Assembly: GCA_045837725.1 (NCBI GenBank)
Contig: JBEWZL010000099.1
Span: forward strand, 1 to 64,000
Direction of reading: 5' to 3'
Origin: Vermamoeba vermiformis
Taxonomy: Eukaryota
DNA length: 64,000 bases
Shown here in pieces: positions 53,589 to 64,000 of this stretch. Both the position numbers and the translations under genes were made by a program. A model generated the notes under the pieces. That model made no database searches, was not told the DNA's origin, and saw only the letters and a list, made by a program, of their open reading frames with translations. Positions within the stretch are counted from its first letter, which is position 1; each line of letters opens with the position of its first letter.

Positions 53589-56500
53589 ATGTTGTCTGCG
53601 CAACTCAACGCATCCAGCAATGATAATCAAGAGCAACTCCACAGTAATTCAGAACGTCTTCCTAAAGACACCTCCGAAAAATTACTCGAAATAGAAGATG
53701 TAGAAATGAACACTGACCCGTAAGTCGGAGAGTTTCAATATTGAGCCGAATTAACGAAAATATCCCTTTGATCCCGGCGCACGAAAAAAAATTTATAAAT
53801 ATTGAAGGGACAATTATTTTAGCGGGTTATTAGCAACATTGATTTTTTGGTAGGGTATTTTAATTATTCTAAGCTTACAGTAATTTATGGCGAAGGGTGG
53901 TGCGGAGATCGGGTGAGGATCACTAAATCTGCCGTTGTAAGATGGTGTTTTCCATAATTTGGCATACGCAACGTTGAATTATTTATACCCATCGTTGTGT
54001 GTATGAGTAAAATCTTGTAGACAAAAATACAGTCCCGAATTTTTCCATTTATCTGTTTCTGGATGGAGGCGACAACACATGTGCACACTAGAGTTGTGGA
54101 ATGCGGACCGGACAATTCTGTTGACCGGTCTAGCGTCCGCCATGACTATAGGGTGGTTAGCTTGTCCGCCACCAGCCAAAACAAGATCGTTGGTGCAGCC
54201 TTTCGGCGTTTATTCAAAATTGATCCAGAAAATAAGAAAAATATTCCTCTAAGGTACGTATTTATTTCTTATTAGTTTTGGGAATTTGTTGCGTAAATTA
54301 AAATTTTAATTAATTAAATTAACTTAATTAGTAACGGCTAGTTTTTAGGGCGGTAATCTCGACCCTTTTAGCAGAGGAGCCCAATATTACAATGCCCTAC
54401 GGCAAGCTTGAGGAGTTCGTAAAGCAGATAATTGCTGGCGATTTGAAGGTGAAAAATTCAGATGGCGTTTTAGAGCGGTTCTACTCTTTAACTTGGAACT
54501 GCAGCCTGATTTGTACAAAACCAATTGAAATTGGTAAGTATTTATCGATAAATAGTATTGAGCAATTAAATCTAATGTCACAATTTTAGATTCACCGATC
54601 TACGACACCCTTAATGATACCGCCTTTATTGACTCCGAGCCTATTACTTGCTTTGAACAATTGATTGAGGAGAGTACGCATACTGAATTACCTGCGTAAG
54701 TAAGATTACCGTCAGTGGGGTTAATTATAATGATCTCGTGACACAGGGCTACGGAAATGGTCTCAGCTTTCGGCGTTGATATTCTGGTCTATCACCAGTT
54801 TTTTGACGAGTCTGAATACTCATCCTTTAAATCCTCGCTGTTCCAAGACATTTTGTTCTCACCAGAGGGCAAGATCAATGAACGGTTGACTGCAGTTACC
54901 AAACGGCTGTATGCAGTGTACGGAAATACAGGCACCGGTATCTCCTATAAGTATGATTCAATATATCAATTTTATTTATTCTAACAACTACTATGAAGCA
55001 ATTTCTACCGTGATTCTACGAATCAAACACCCGAGTGCATCCAGCTACTATTCCGAAAACTACGCGACTTTGGCTACTTTTGCAGTCACTCAACTTGTGT
55101 AATGTTTACTGCCTATCCGCCTTTATCGGAGGATGACATAGAACTAGCTCGGGCAAATAACCGAGAAGTATTCCCCGCCATGGGATCGCATGCTGATAGT
55201 ACGCAACAAACTATTGTTATTGCATTTGTATTTATTTTATCAATTAGATGACAAGTACTTGGGCAATGCAAGAGACGTTGTTGTGTTTACGGTCTCTGGT
55301 TTCGTAGATCCAGATGAATTGGTGGCTAACTGTGATGCCCCACCGGGGTGGCGCTTTGTGGTGCAGGAGCGTTCGCAGACTGGGACTCGTGAGTGCGTTA
55401 CCGTTTACGCAACAATTAATTTCTAATGCATTGTGCTTAGGGGATGTTGACATTCCGCTCGTGGACAATATGATGCTTTTACAACCAAAACGAATGCAAT
55501 CATACTTGAAACATCGAGTAGTCGGTGTATATTCCAGATTTATACGTTGGGTGGCGACAATTCGTAATGTAGATGTAAACATTTACGAGTCCGAGAAACG
55601 CAACTGTGGTAAGCTGTTAATATTTGGTCTGTACTTCCACTAATTATTTTATAGAGGCAAATACAACTCTTGGTTATTCTTTGTCGACCTGGACAACCAA
55701 CAAACAAAAGCTAATGCAGTGGAGGCGAGCACTGCGGCCTTCGACAAATGCCAAGAAACGAAAACTCTCGCGCAGTGGACTGGCTCGGAATACGGAACCT
55801 ATTAAGCCTTTGATTGATATATTTTTCCCCACCGGAGGTTGTTGGGCGTTTGCTCACTTGCTTTTGCACAACAATCAACTGTTGTATTGTGCGTCTTGCA
55901 AAGTTTTGCTCATCGAGCAGTTGCATGAATGTGCCGTTGGTAAATCATGTATCTTCGGCCCGAGAAAACATCTTAAAGTAAGTGACAATCTTGACGTTTA
56001 ATCACTTCAATCAAAATAACGAAAGCTCAGGTTGGGGAGCTGTATTCCAAGTTCGATTTGGCCAAAGCAGAATTTACTGGTGGCTTAACAATAGACTCCT
56101 CCTTTAATGGCCTCAGTCAAATAGGTAATTCCAATTCTGCAAATTAAACGGCGCGATGGATTAATTCACTCCAGGTTGTACGTCGATGTTACTTCGGAAA
56201 AATTTCCCTGGTAATAATTGGAGTAATTGGCGCGAGGGGGTTATAACAGTTGGTGGGGCGGGCGGCACGATGATTGATGGCTCATTTGTCGTCAATCGCG
56301 GGGCAGATTCAGCAAGGAATGACATGGTGCGGCTCAATTGTTATCACTGTCTTCCTCTCGAAATTGCGGTTGAATATCAAGAAGATGTCTTCCAATTCAT
56401 CGGTAAGCAACTTTCGCACTGTGTCAATTTGTGTAATGATTCATTAGGCACGTGGTTTGTTCGTCGAGTGAACCTGGATGCATACACTGAATTCTCCGTC

Positions 56501-56889
56501 GAGCCGTTCTACACATTTGAGCTATTCAATCGTCATAAATTCCTACGCGAACACCCCTTGGCTCATTCAGTACCAACGATCAGTAAGAGGAGTCATTTTT
56601 ATCATGCACTTTGTTGACACTGAGTTTCGCAGATCCATTGCTGGTCCAAGTTTGCGAATTGTACCAACGAGTTGCCGGTGTCGTGGATGAGTTAGAGTTA
56701 AGTGACGCAGGCGGGCTTGCTATGGCGACAATATTTGGCGAGCAGCCACTGGATCTGGTGCTACAGTACCTACAGCTCCATTATGAAGTGTTGCTTTGCT
56801 CGCTTGGACTTTTTGAAGTTCCTGAGTTCGATCCCAATGCATTCATTGCCGCTTTCAACCAGCTGAGTGATCTCGATGGAATTCCTTGA
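53589..56889 (+). CDS. Multi-exon protein with an AlkB-like 2OG-Fe(II) dioxygenase domain plus unassigned regions; start uncertain
   Basis: LVYHQFFDESEY..KRLYAVYG..MGSHADNDKYLG..VVVFTVSG..MQSYLKHRV..RWVATIR; HxD at 55189-55197, distal His at 55512. Confidence 0.7.
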
Positions 56890-57143
56890 AATAAATACTC
56901 ACGTGCTTTTTCTGCAGTAATTCGCCATTTTCTGTTTTGAACCAGTTCGATGCTTATGTTGTTGCAAGATACCACCAATTGCCGGCCTTCAGTAGGGTAA
57001 ATGAACCCGATCCTAATTTGTCATCGAATTTTCATATTTTTTATTTTACCTAAACGGCGAAAATCTCAATTAAATTTGGACGTTCTAGAGTAATTTACTA
57101 CATTTTTTAGCCAATACTAAGGTACTATTTTTTTTGGATGCAG

Positions 57144-60100
57144 ATGTCGCTTGTTCGTGTCTTTTCGGGTAAGGCTATGTTATTTGCGCTATTAAAAATT
57201 TATTTTTAATGTGTCGTATCTTCAGACACCGATCTACAACGTTTTATAGCTTCTCCAAATGTCATGCAGTCGTTGATCCACTTCCACGAAACAAATGAGC
57301 GTGGTCTCTCAATGGGCGACATTCACTGGGTCTACGAAGCATATCACGGCAATATAGCAAAAGATGAATTTATTGCGATCATTAATAACATTTTAAAGTA
57401 AGAAAATTCGACGGTCGATCTGTCTTCTGTGCTAACAAATTTACAGCCAGCCAAAAAATAGAGGCAATTTTACTTCGCATAAGATAGGAAAGATACAATT
57501 ATATCCATTTGAATTTGAGGTAAGAATAATAATCTTGTGCAGTGTAATCCTAATTTTCTGCGATAGTCTCCGCTGTTTAAATTTGGGTTTGTTAACCCAA
57601 GTGTTCGTTGTTTTCTGCACGTATGCTTGGTACTTATTGCAAAGGTCCCGTGTCTACGGCAACTGTTTGAACAGTCAACTACCGAGATTGCAATGCTAGT
57701 CAACGAGTATTTACTCAAATTCATTGAACAAAGCCAACCGGTCGATGCTGCAGTTCTGTTTGAAAGACTAGCAACTACTCTCGCTATCAATTCTAATGTA
57801 CGAACAATTGTGCAAGCTGGACAACAAGACGCTACCCTATTGTTACAAGATTTGTTAAATTTGGTAGATTCGCGGCGAGAACTAGCTATCCAATTCAGTA
57901 CGGCGATATTTGATGAAAATTCTACCCAAGTGAACGACGGAAGAGTGGAGCAGATCAACTGTACGTATTGTTTTTGCGACACATAACTAATGTAGTACAG
58001 GGATCGACATCTACTTCAAGCCATCCGTTCAGAGTGTTCAACAAGGAATTGACGATTTTTTTGCTCCGGAAGTGGTAGAATATCAAGCAAAGGTAATTAT
58101 TATCAATGTTTGTTAACGAAGTACTCGATCTAATGATAAAAAGGATTGCCAATTACGCAAACAGGTGTTGAACCACCCAAAACTGTTATTGATTCGAATC
58201 AATCGTTTCTCCGAGCTCGATGAACACAAGCAAGTTCGACGTTTGACAATCGAAACATCCGTTCACTTTGAAGGAACTTTGTACCTACTTTATGGTGTAA
58301 TTTGGCACGATGGAAAAACTCGCAATAATGGACATTATGGAGTTGTTGTCAACGAACGCTGTGCTTTACATTGGAACAATTATAATGATGCTAAAGTTAC
58401 ACGGGTATGTTTTTTCCAACAAGCGATCTCGGACTAAATGTCAAGTAGGAGCGTGTTGCTATTCTTTCGCAGTTAAGCGGTGGTGTTCGCTCCGCCAGTG
58501 CAGTGGTTTACATTAAACAAGCCGAAGTCGGCATTCAATTTCCGTTGAAGACTGCCGTTCCTGCTTCCTGTACGATGCAAACAAGGAAACGTAAAATCAG
58601 TGTCGCTTGCGACCTGTTGGAAACAGAAGACAACTTAATTGCTCCTCCTAAAAAAAGTAAGTGCAACGCGGCTAATTTAATTCTAATGCACCGTTAAGAA
58701 CCCAAGCAATTGGAAAAAGGCCAACCAAAGCTTCAGACACCTTCGATAGATAAGGAGTGGCAGCTGCCAGACTCGCATATTGTTGTTAAGGCTGTAACCG
58801 ACGATCTCCTTATGGTGGATAAAGTGGCACCGGGAAGCAAAATAGCTCTTGAGCAAATCAAGTGCATTTACAAAGTACGCTTCCATAATGTATGTATGCG
58901 AGATAATCGAATGGTTGTCTTATTTTGGCTAGGATCTATGGGAATGGCTCATCGATTGGAAAAATAAGAAGGTGCAAACAAATTGGATATGCGAGTCGGA
59001 CATTCGGGCAAATGCACTATTAATAATGAATAAGTACTTCCAATCTCCGCATGCACTATCCAATCAAGGTTGGCAAATACGAGATAAAACAAGTAAAGGT
59101 TTTGTTCGTACCTCCTTTTGTACGTTGGATAGCGGGCCCACCAATAAGCAGCCTATGACCAACACTAGCATCTTTTCGCGCTTTTTGCCTGGTACGTATC
59201 ATTCATTCGAGCGTTGAATATTCTCAGAATTAATGAATACCGCAGAGCAAACCCGTTTACAGATGGTCGAAGATATAAACCGTTATGCCAGTCTTTCATT
59301 TTCTGAAGTTATGCAAGAACGAAAAACATGGCGTTTGAACAAAACTGCACAGCTCAAACTTTGGGCCGAGAAAATGCAACAAAAATACAAAGGTAAATAT
59401 TACATAAGCTAACGAGAAAACAAACATTCTGATCACAATTAGGATTGCTAACGGTACCAAGTTGGGTTTCAAACGTAAAGCATTTGGAAGAATATTTTAG
59501 TACCGAGTTTGAACCTTCCGAAGAAGACAAAGTTACTTTTCAAAAGCAAAGAACAAATTGGAAACCACTTACGCTGCCAGAATTTGATATATTCATTGCC
59601 ATTGGGATCGCAAGTCGTTGTGTTAAAGGTCGTCGCCTCAGAGATTACTGGACTATCAAAGATCCCTTGTATGGCAACGAATGGATATCGTCAAAAATGG
59701 GCCGAGATCGATTCGAACAGATTATGCATTATTTCCACTTTGATATTGACAAAGTTACTCAAGAAGTAGCTCAACGATGCCAAAAAAATTGGTCTCCATC
59801 TCAAAAAATTACCTTTGATGAAACCATCTTGCCGTTTTTGGGCCGCTTTTATGCCCGAGTAAGTACTTGTTATCGTTAGATAATACATTTTAACTAACGT
59901 AACTCAGCAATTCATTCCAAGCAAGCCACATCCAAACGGTGTCTTACTCTACTTGGCCGCCGATGAATCTTACTACATTTGGGACTTCGATATATTCTTG
60001 GGTCTATGTCTGCCTCCTAAATATCAGCTGTTAGAGCTAGCCGAGAAATTGAACAATCACAAGCCTGGCCACGTGATTATAACAGATAGCAAATGGGGTG

Positions 60101-61014
60101 CGGAAGAGACGGCTACTATTTTGGATGAACAAGGCATTAAATTCTTGTTGTCGGCAAAGAAAAATGCTCCTTCATATATATTTGGTACTTTGCAAAATCC
60201 TCTACAAGAACCAGGGCAACACTTGACGTTTGAAAAAGAAGGCACTGCTGGTCCGATTATTGCTCACTCTTTCCGCGATAACAATGCAATTATGAATCTC
60301 TATTCCAATTACGTCGATGGTTAGTTCAATATTAATCAAAGTGTTTATCTAATTTCATTGCAGCGTCATCAGCCGCAACAGATCTGTGTCAAGGAGTACC
60401 GTCGACTGCAGTAAGCTTCTTATGCTTGCGTCATTAAGTTACTAATTTAGTTGTAAATGCAGAGTACAAAGCCACTTATTGTCCAAGAATACACAAAGAC
60501 CAAAGGATTTGTCGACGAGGCGGCAAGACAAATTCATACGTTTGATTGGCCGTTCAGATTAACAAAATGGACACAAGTAGTATGGGAAAATATTATAAAT
60601 ATAATCACTTGGAATTCATACCAGTGCTATCGCTACTATAAGAAAGTTCAGAACAATGACGAAGATCAATTTCGAGATTTCTTGCAAATTTTAAAGGATG
60701 AACTTAGTCAAGAGCAGTCTGCACGCAACAAGAAAAATGCATCTCCGTTAACTAGACACAGATCTCTCAGAACCCGAAGAATAATTGTCGCAAAAGATCT
60801 GAAATCAAAAAGTCTCTCTTCTCATGTGCGAGTTCAGAGCGAAGATGTCTTTGAAAGACGAGTCAATGGTTTTTGCCTAACGTGCAACCCACGTAAACGA
60901 AAGCAAATTAGCACAGTATGTTGGAAATGCAGCTCCGACAAAAAAAGACCAATTTTTCTGTGCAGTACTTGTAAGAACACACACAAACCCGTTTGTCGTA
61001 AGCTTAAACTATAG
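57144..61014 (+). CDS. USP (peptidase C19)-chromodomain-like-piggyBac transposase fusion
   Basis: Continuous spliced frame: GFVNPSVRCF, GQQDA, LLIRINRF, GVIWHDG..GHY, YNDAKV; WEWLIDWKN..TNWICESDI; DYW, MGRDRF, TFDE, FIPSKP, ITDS, YTKTKGFVD, C-terminal Cys/His cluster. Confidence 0.88.
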
Positions 61015-61069
61015 AATTTGTTAACAAACTTGCTGTAGGTAGTATAATAAATACTGTTTGTAATACATC

Positions 61070-61405
61070 CGGCGTCTAAGGGTGAAGCCTTAGCGCCGCT
61101 ACAATGAGAAAGTTACGCGCTGATTCTCGACGATGTGGGTCAGAGTATGGTCTGGAGGTCGTGTTGCCTCGGCAACACCACTGGTTCGGAACAGCACTCT
61201 CACTGGCACTGAGTTGGATGGGCTAGAAAGTGACTTGTCACTTGCCGTAGCGGACACTCTTTTGTTGTACGGTCTCCTTTATGGAGGGGTGTCGCCTTGA
61301 TGCCTGCGACCTTTCTATTGATGAATCACATGGTTTTGGTCGTGTCAGTCACCTCAACGTGACTTCGACACTTGGATGGGTTAGGGCCCGGCCAAATTCC
61401 TCCCT
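61070..61405. other. GC-rich, hairpin-dense non-coding segment (candidate structured RNA)
   Basis: Stems at 61070-61098, 61161-61178, 61228-61243, 61342-61371; direct repeat TTGGATGGGYTAG at 61214 and 61372. Confidence 0.4.
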
Positions 61406-61543
61406 ATGAATACATGTGCTTGCTCAACCAAGTATTGTATTGTGATTAATCATTTTTTATTAATAATACAAAGAAATGAGCTGGGGGAAGTGGATCGGAT
61501 CTGGGGCCGATCCGGATCTACTCAGGGGTGTGGCGCACTGTCA

Positions 61544-63481
61544 ATGGACATCACCCAACAAAATTGTACCTTTTTTTGTACTACAGTCTCTTCTGGCGAT
61601 TACCAAAAATCAACGGTCCTGAATTTTTGTATAATTTTTATCTAAAAACATTGGCCGGCTGAAAAGGGATATAGGGAGATCCGCTACTTCCTTTCAAAAG
61701 CTTGGCCAAGTGCCGAAAAAATCAATGCTGATCAAGAAAAGATCATTCAAGCTGCTACACCCCTTCCAGAAAACCGCATAATCGCTCATAGTGGTACTTA
61801 CTGGTTTATTAGTCGAACTGAGCTCTGCCTTCGCAGTCTAGAGGAAGAATTGCCAGTGTTGCGTTCTGCTTTCGGACCATATCACATACACTACGTCTGG
61901 ATAGATTCGGTGATGTCTATTGATTTCTACGACAACGTTAAAGGAAAGTTTCTTGGCATCACGCTTGATTGTGTCACTAAGGACACCGAAGAAGAAAACA
62001 GCTCACCCTTCCAAGTGGATGATATCTTGTCCAATAGTAATTTGCAGGAGAATATGAGCGAAGAGTACGTTATCATTATTAGGATTTTATTAATACTATT
62101 TCTCAGATCAAAATTTAATGAGCAGACAAGTTCCAATCAGTTAATCTTTGACCCAAACAATAATAGGTAATGAGCTTTAAATGTAAACCTGCCTATTAAT
62201 GACTAGGAATACCAGACCTCGTATACGCTACATAAATCTTAAAGCTATTGGATCACGTTTGCCATTAGAAGCACAAGCCAACATGGCAATTGCAAGAGCT
62301 GTTCCTCTTCCTGCAAGTCATGAGTTAATAGGGCGTAACACATACTGGTTTGTCACCACTGAACCAGTAGAAGTTATTCATTCTTCAGGATCAAAAATGG
62401 AGGAGCAATTAACAAAAACAATTAGTACAACACTTTACCTTTTGCAAATCAGATTTCGAACAGTGAGAGCCCATCTGACCTTCAGGTTTGGTGATAAATC
62501 TGAAGTGCATATAAGGGCAACTAGGTGGATGGAGGTTGATAAAGACTTGTTAATGATACAAACACAATCTGAATATTTAGAACTTGGAAATGTTATTGGT
62601 GAAGGAAGTTTTGGAACTATTTACCTTGCTGAGTGGAAAGGAGTGAAGTATGCTGTCAAGAAGTTTAAATTGTATGACAACAAGAAGGAAGAAATTGAAA
62701 AAGAAGCTACAGCTTTGCAGTATGTAAACAGGTTCCACTCCTTGCAATAACTTCTCACACTTTTGACTACATAGACTTGTGCAACATGAATGCATTGTGA
62801 CACTGGCTAGCATTACACATGATCAGGATGGCAAAATAATGCTTGTCATGGAGTACATGGAAGATGGCTCCCTAGCAGACTTCTTAAAAAATAACAAGTT
62901 AACAAAAGAAGCTGCTATCCAAATAGCATTAGATGTAGCTGAAGGGCTGCAGTATCTCCATTCACAGAGGATTATTCATCGAGACCTCAAAAGTGCCAAT
63001 GTTTTGGTAAGATTGTCTTCCCCTAGTAATTACTAATTTTGATGGTTGCGTTAGCTGTATGCCAACAAGACACGTGCAAAGTTGACAGACTTTGGTACTG
63101 TCAGAATTTTTGGTGAGAGCTCAAAAGCAACTACTGTCCTTGGCACAGTTGGATTCATGGCACCTGAAATTATGCAAGAAGAACCTTACAATGCAAAAGC
63201 AGACATTTATTCGTAAGTTTCATTATATTTCAGTATTCTTCTAACTTTATCTTAGGTTTGGTGCATTAATGTTCCACATGCTCACCAACAAACTGTTGCC
63301 AGTGTTTTTTTCTGATAAAGTTCGTGCAAACAAGATCTCTGAAGTGCAGGACACTGAATTCCAGAACTTGATAAAACAATGTTGTGAAATTGAGCCAACA
63401 GCACGACCAACAATAGAACAGTGCATTCAGAAGTTGAATGAAATGAGACAACAAAGTTTGGAAAATAACAACAACATGTAA
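61544..63481 (+). CDS. TKL-group protein kinase with a duplicated N-terminal domain; 5' end uncertain
   Basis: GEGSFGTIY, AVKK, HRDLKSANVL, DFG, GTVGFMAPE, ADIYSFG. Confidence 0.85.
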
Positions 63482-63569
63482 ATTGCTGTTCACATGTCTT
63501 GCTGGAATAAAATGAAACACTTTAAGGGCATTTAAACTTCAAATGCAGATCTGCAGGGATCTACAAGAC

Positions 63570-64000
63570 TTAGAGAGTGATCTTGGTGCCCAAAGCCTTC
63601 AAAAACTCTCTCAACCAGGCAGGGTGACCAGGCCAAGCACATCCAGTGATGAATTTGCCGTTGTCACTCACCACGGCACCGTCGATAGCACATGCATCCA
63701 CAAAGATGGCACCGGCGGCAACCATTTCAGGCTAATTAGATACCGATCAATATTAAGGTGCTAGTAATAATATCGAATATATTACCTTGCAAGCGGGGTA
63801 AGCTGCAATCTTTTGGCCCTTGATCACGTCGGCAGCGGACAAGATCTGAGGTCCGTGGCAAATAGCAGCGATAGGCTTATTAGCAGCAGCAAAGTGTTGC
63901 GTCCATCGAATGATATGTTCCTAAATAATAGTAGTAGTTAATAATCGAACCTCGAAAAAAATTTATGAATCCGGATGTAGGCTTACATTCATGCGCAAGT
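63570..64000 (-). CDS. DJ-1/PfpI family protein, 3' part
   Basis: KPIAAICHGPQILSAADVIKG..AYPACK..AWPGHPAWLREFLKALG. Confidence 0.9.

Larger units (their letters stand above)
53300..61405 (+). mobile_element. Putative large piggyBac-type cargo element; ends not defined
   Basis: Intact DDD transposase with co-oriented accessory gene; no TTAA-flanked TIR pair found. Confidence 0.5.

Noticed and set aside
53764-53777. CCCTTTGATCCCGG as left piggyBac TIR matching CCGGCGTCTAAGGG at ~61069-61082
   Set aside because: Only 11/14 match, no TTAA at either end, the left site lies in an apparent intron, and the right site is explained by a local hairpin
55830-55860. GGCWAFA as a papain-like catalytic motif
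   Set aside because: No upstream Gln or recognisable His/Asn motif found; insufficient support
61135-61157. Minus-strand AGACCATACTCTG resembling the U3 snoRNA 5' end
   Set aside because: Box A and boxes B/C/D are not found downstream

Overview
Gene-dense, intron-rich eukaryotic DNA, most consistent with an amoebozoan-like protist (inferred from a Grl-type family-C GPCR, an HCP gene and a U12 intron). Bases 1-14.8 kb are a repeat compartment: shuffled cassette repeats, several minisatellites built from palindromic units, an ISL2EU/Harbinger-type transposon, and CpG-decayed pseudogenes. Bases 14.8-53 kb hold about 22 cellular genes (EGF/GPI protein, pseudo-sirtuin, RPL29, YhhN, NSE3/MAGE, Mia40-like, Rab7, PP1, HCP, diflavin reductase, GST, GPCR, NudC, RPN11, RPF1, nitrobindin-rhodanese, FUT). 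Two candidate new systems stand out. (1) A head-to-head pair of a hybrid cluster protein and a CPR-like diflavin reductase; both carry mitochondrial-type presequences, and the reductase has altered NADPH-specificity residues. (2) A ~8 kb piggyBac locus with a spliced USP deubiquitinase-chromodomain-like-DDD transposase fusion, preceded by an AlkB-like dioxygenase gene and followed by a structured GC-rich segment. All gene models were spliced by eye, so boundaries are approximate where stated.
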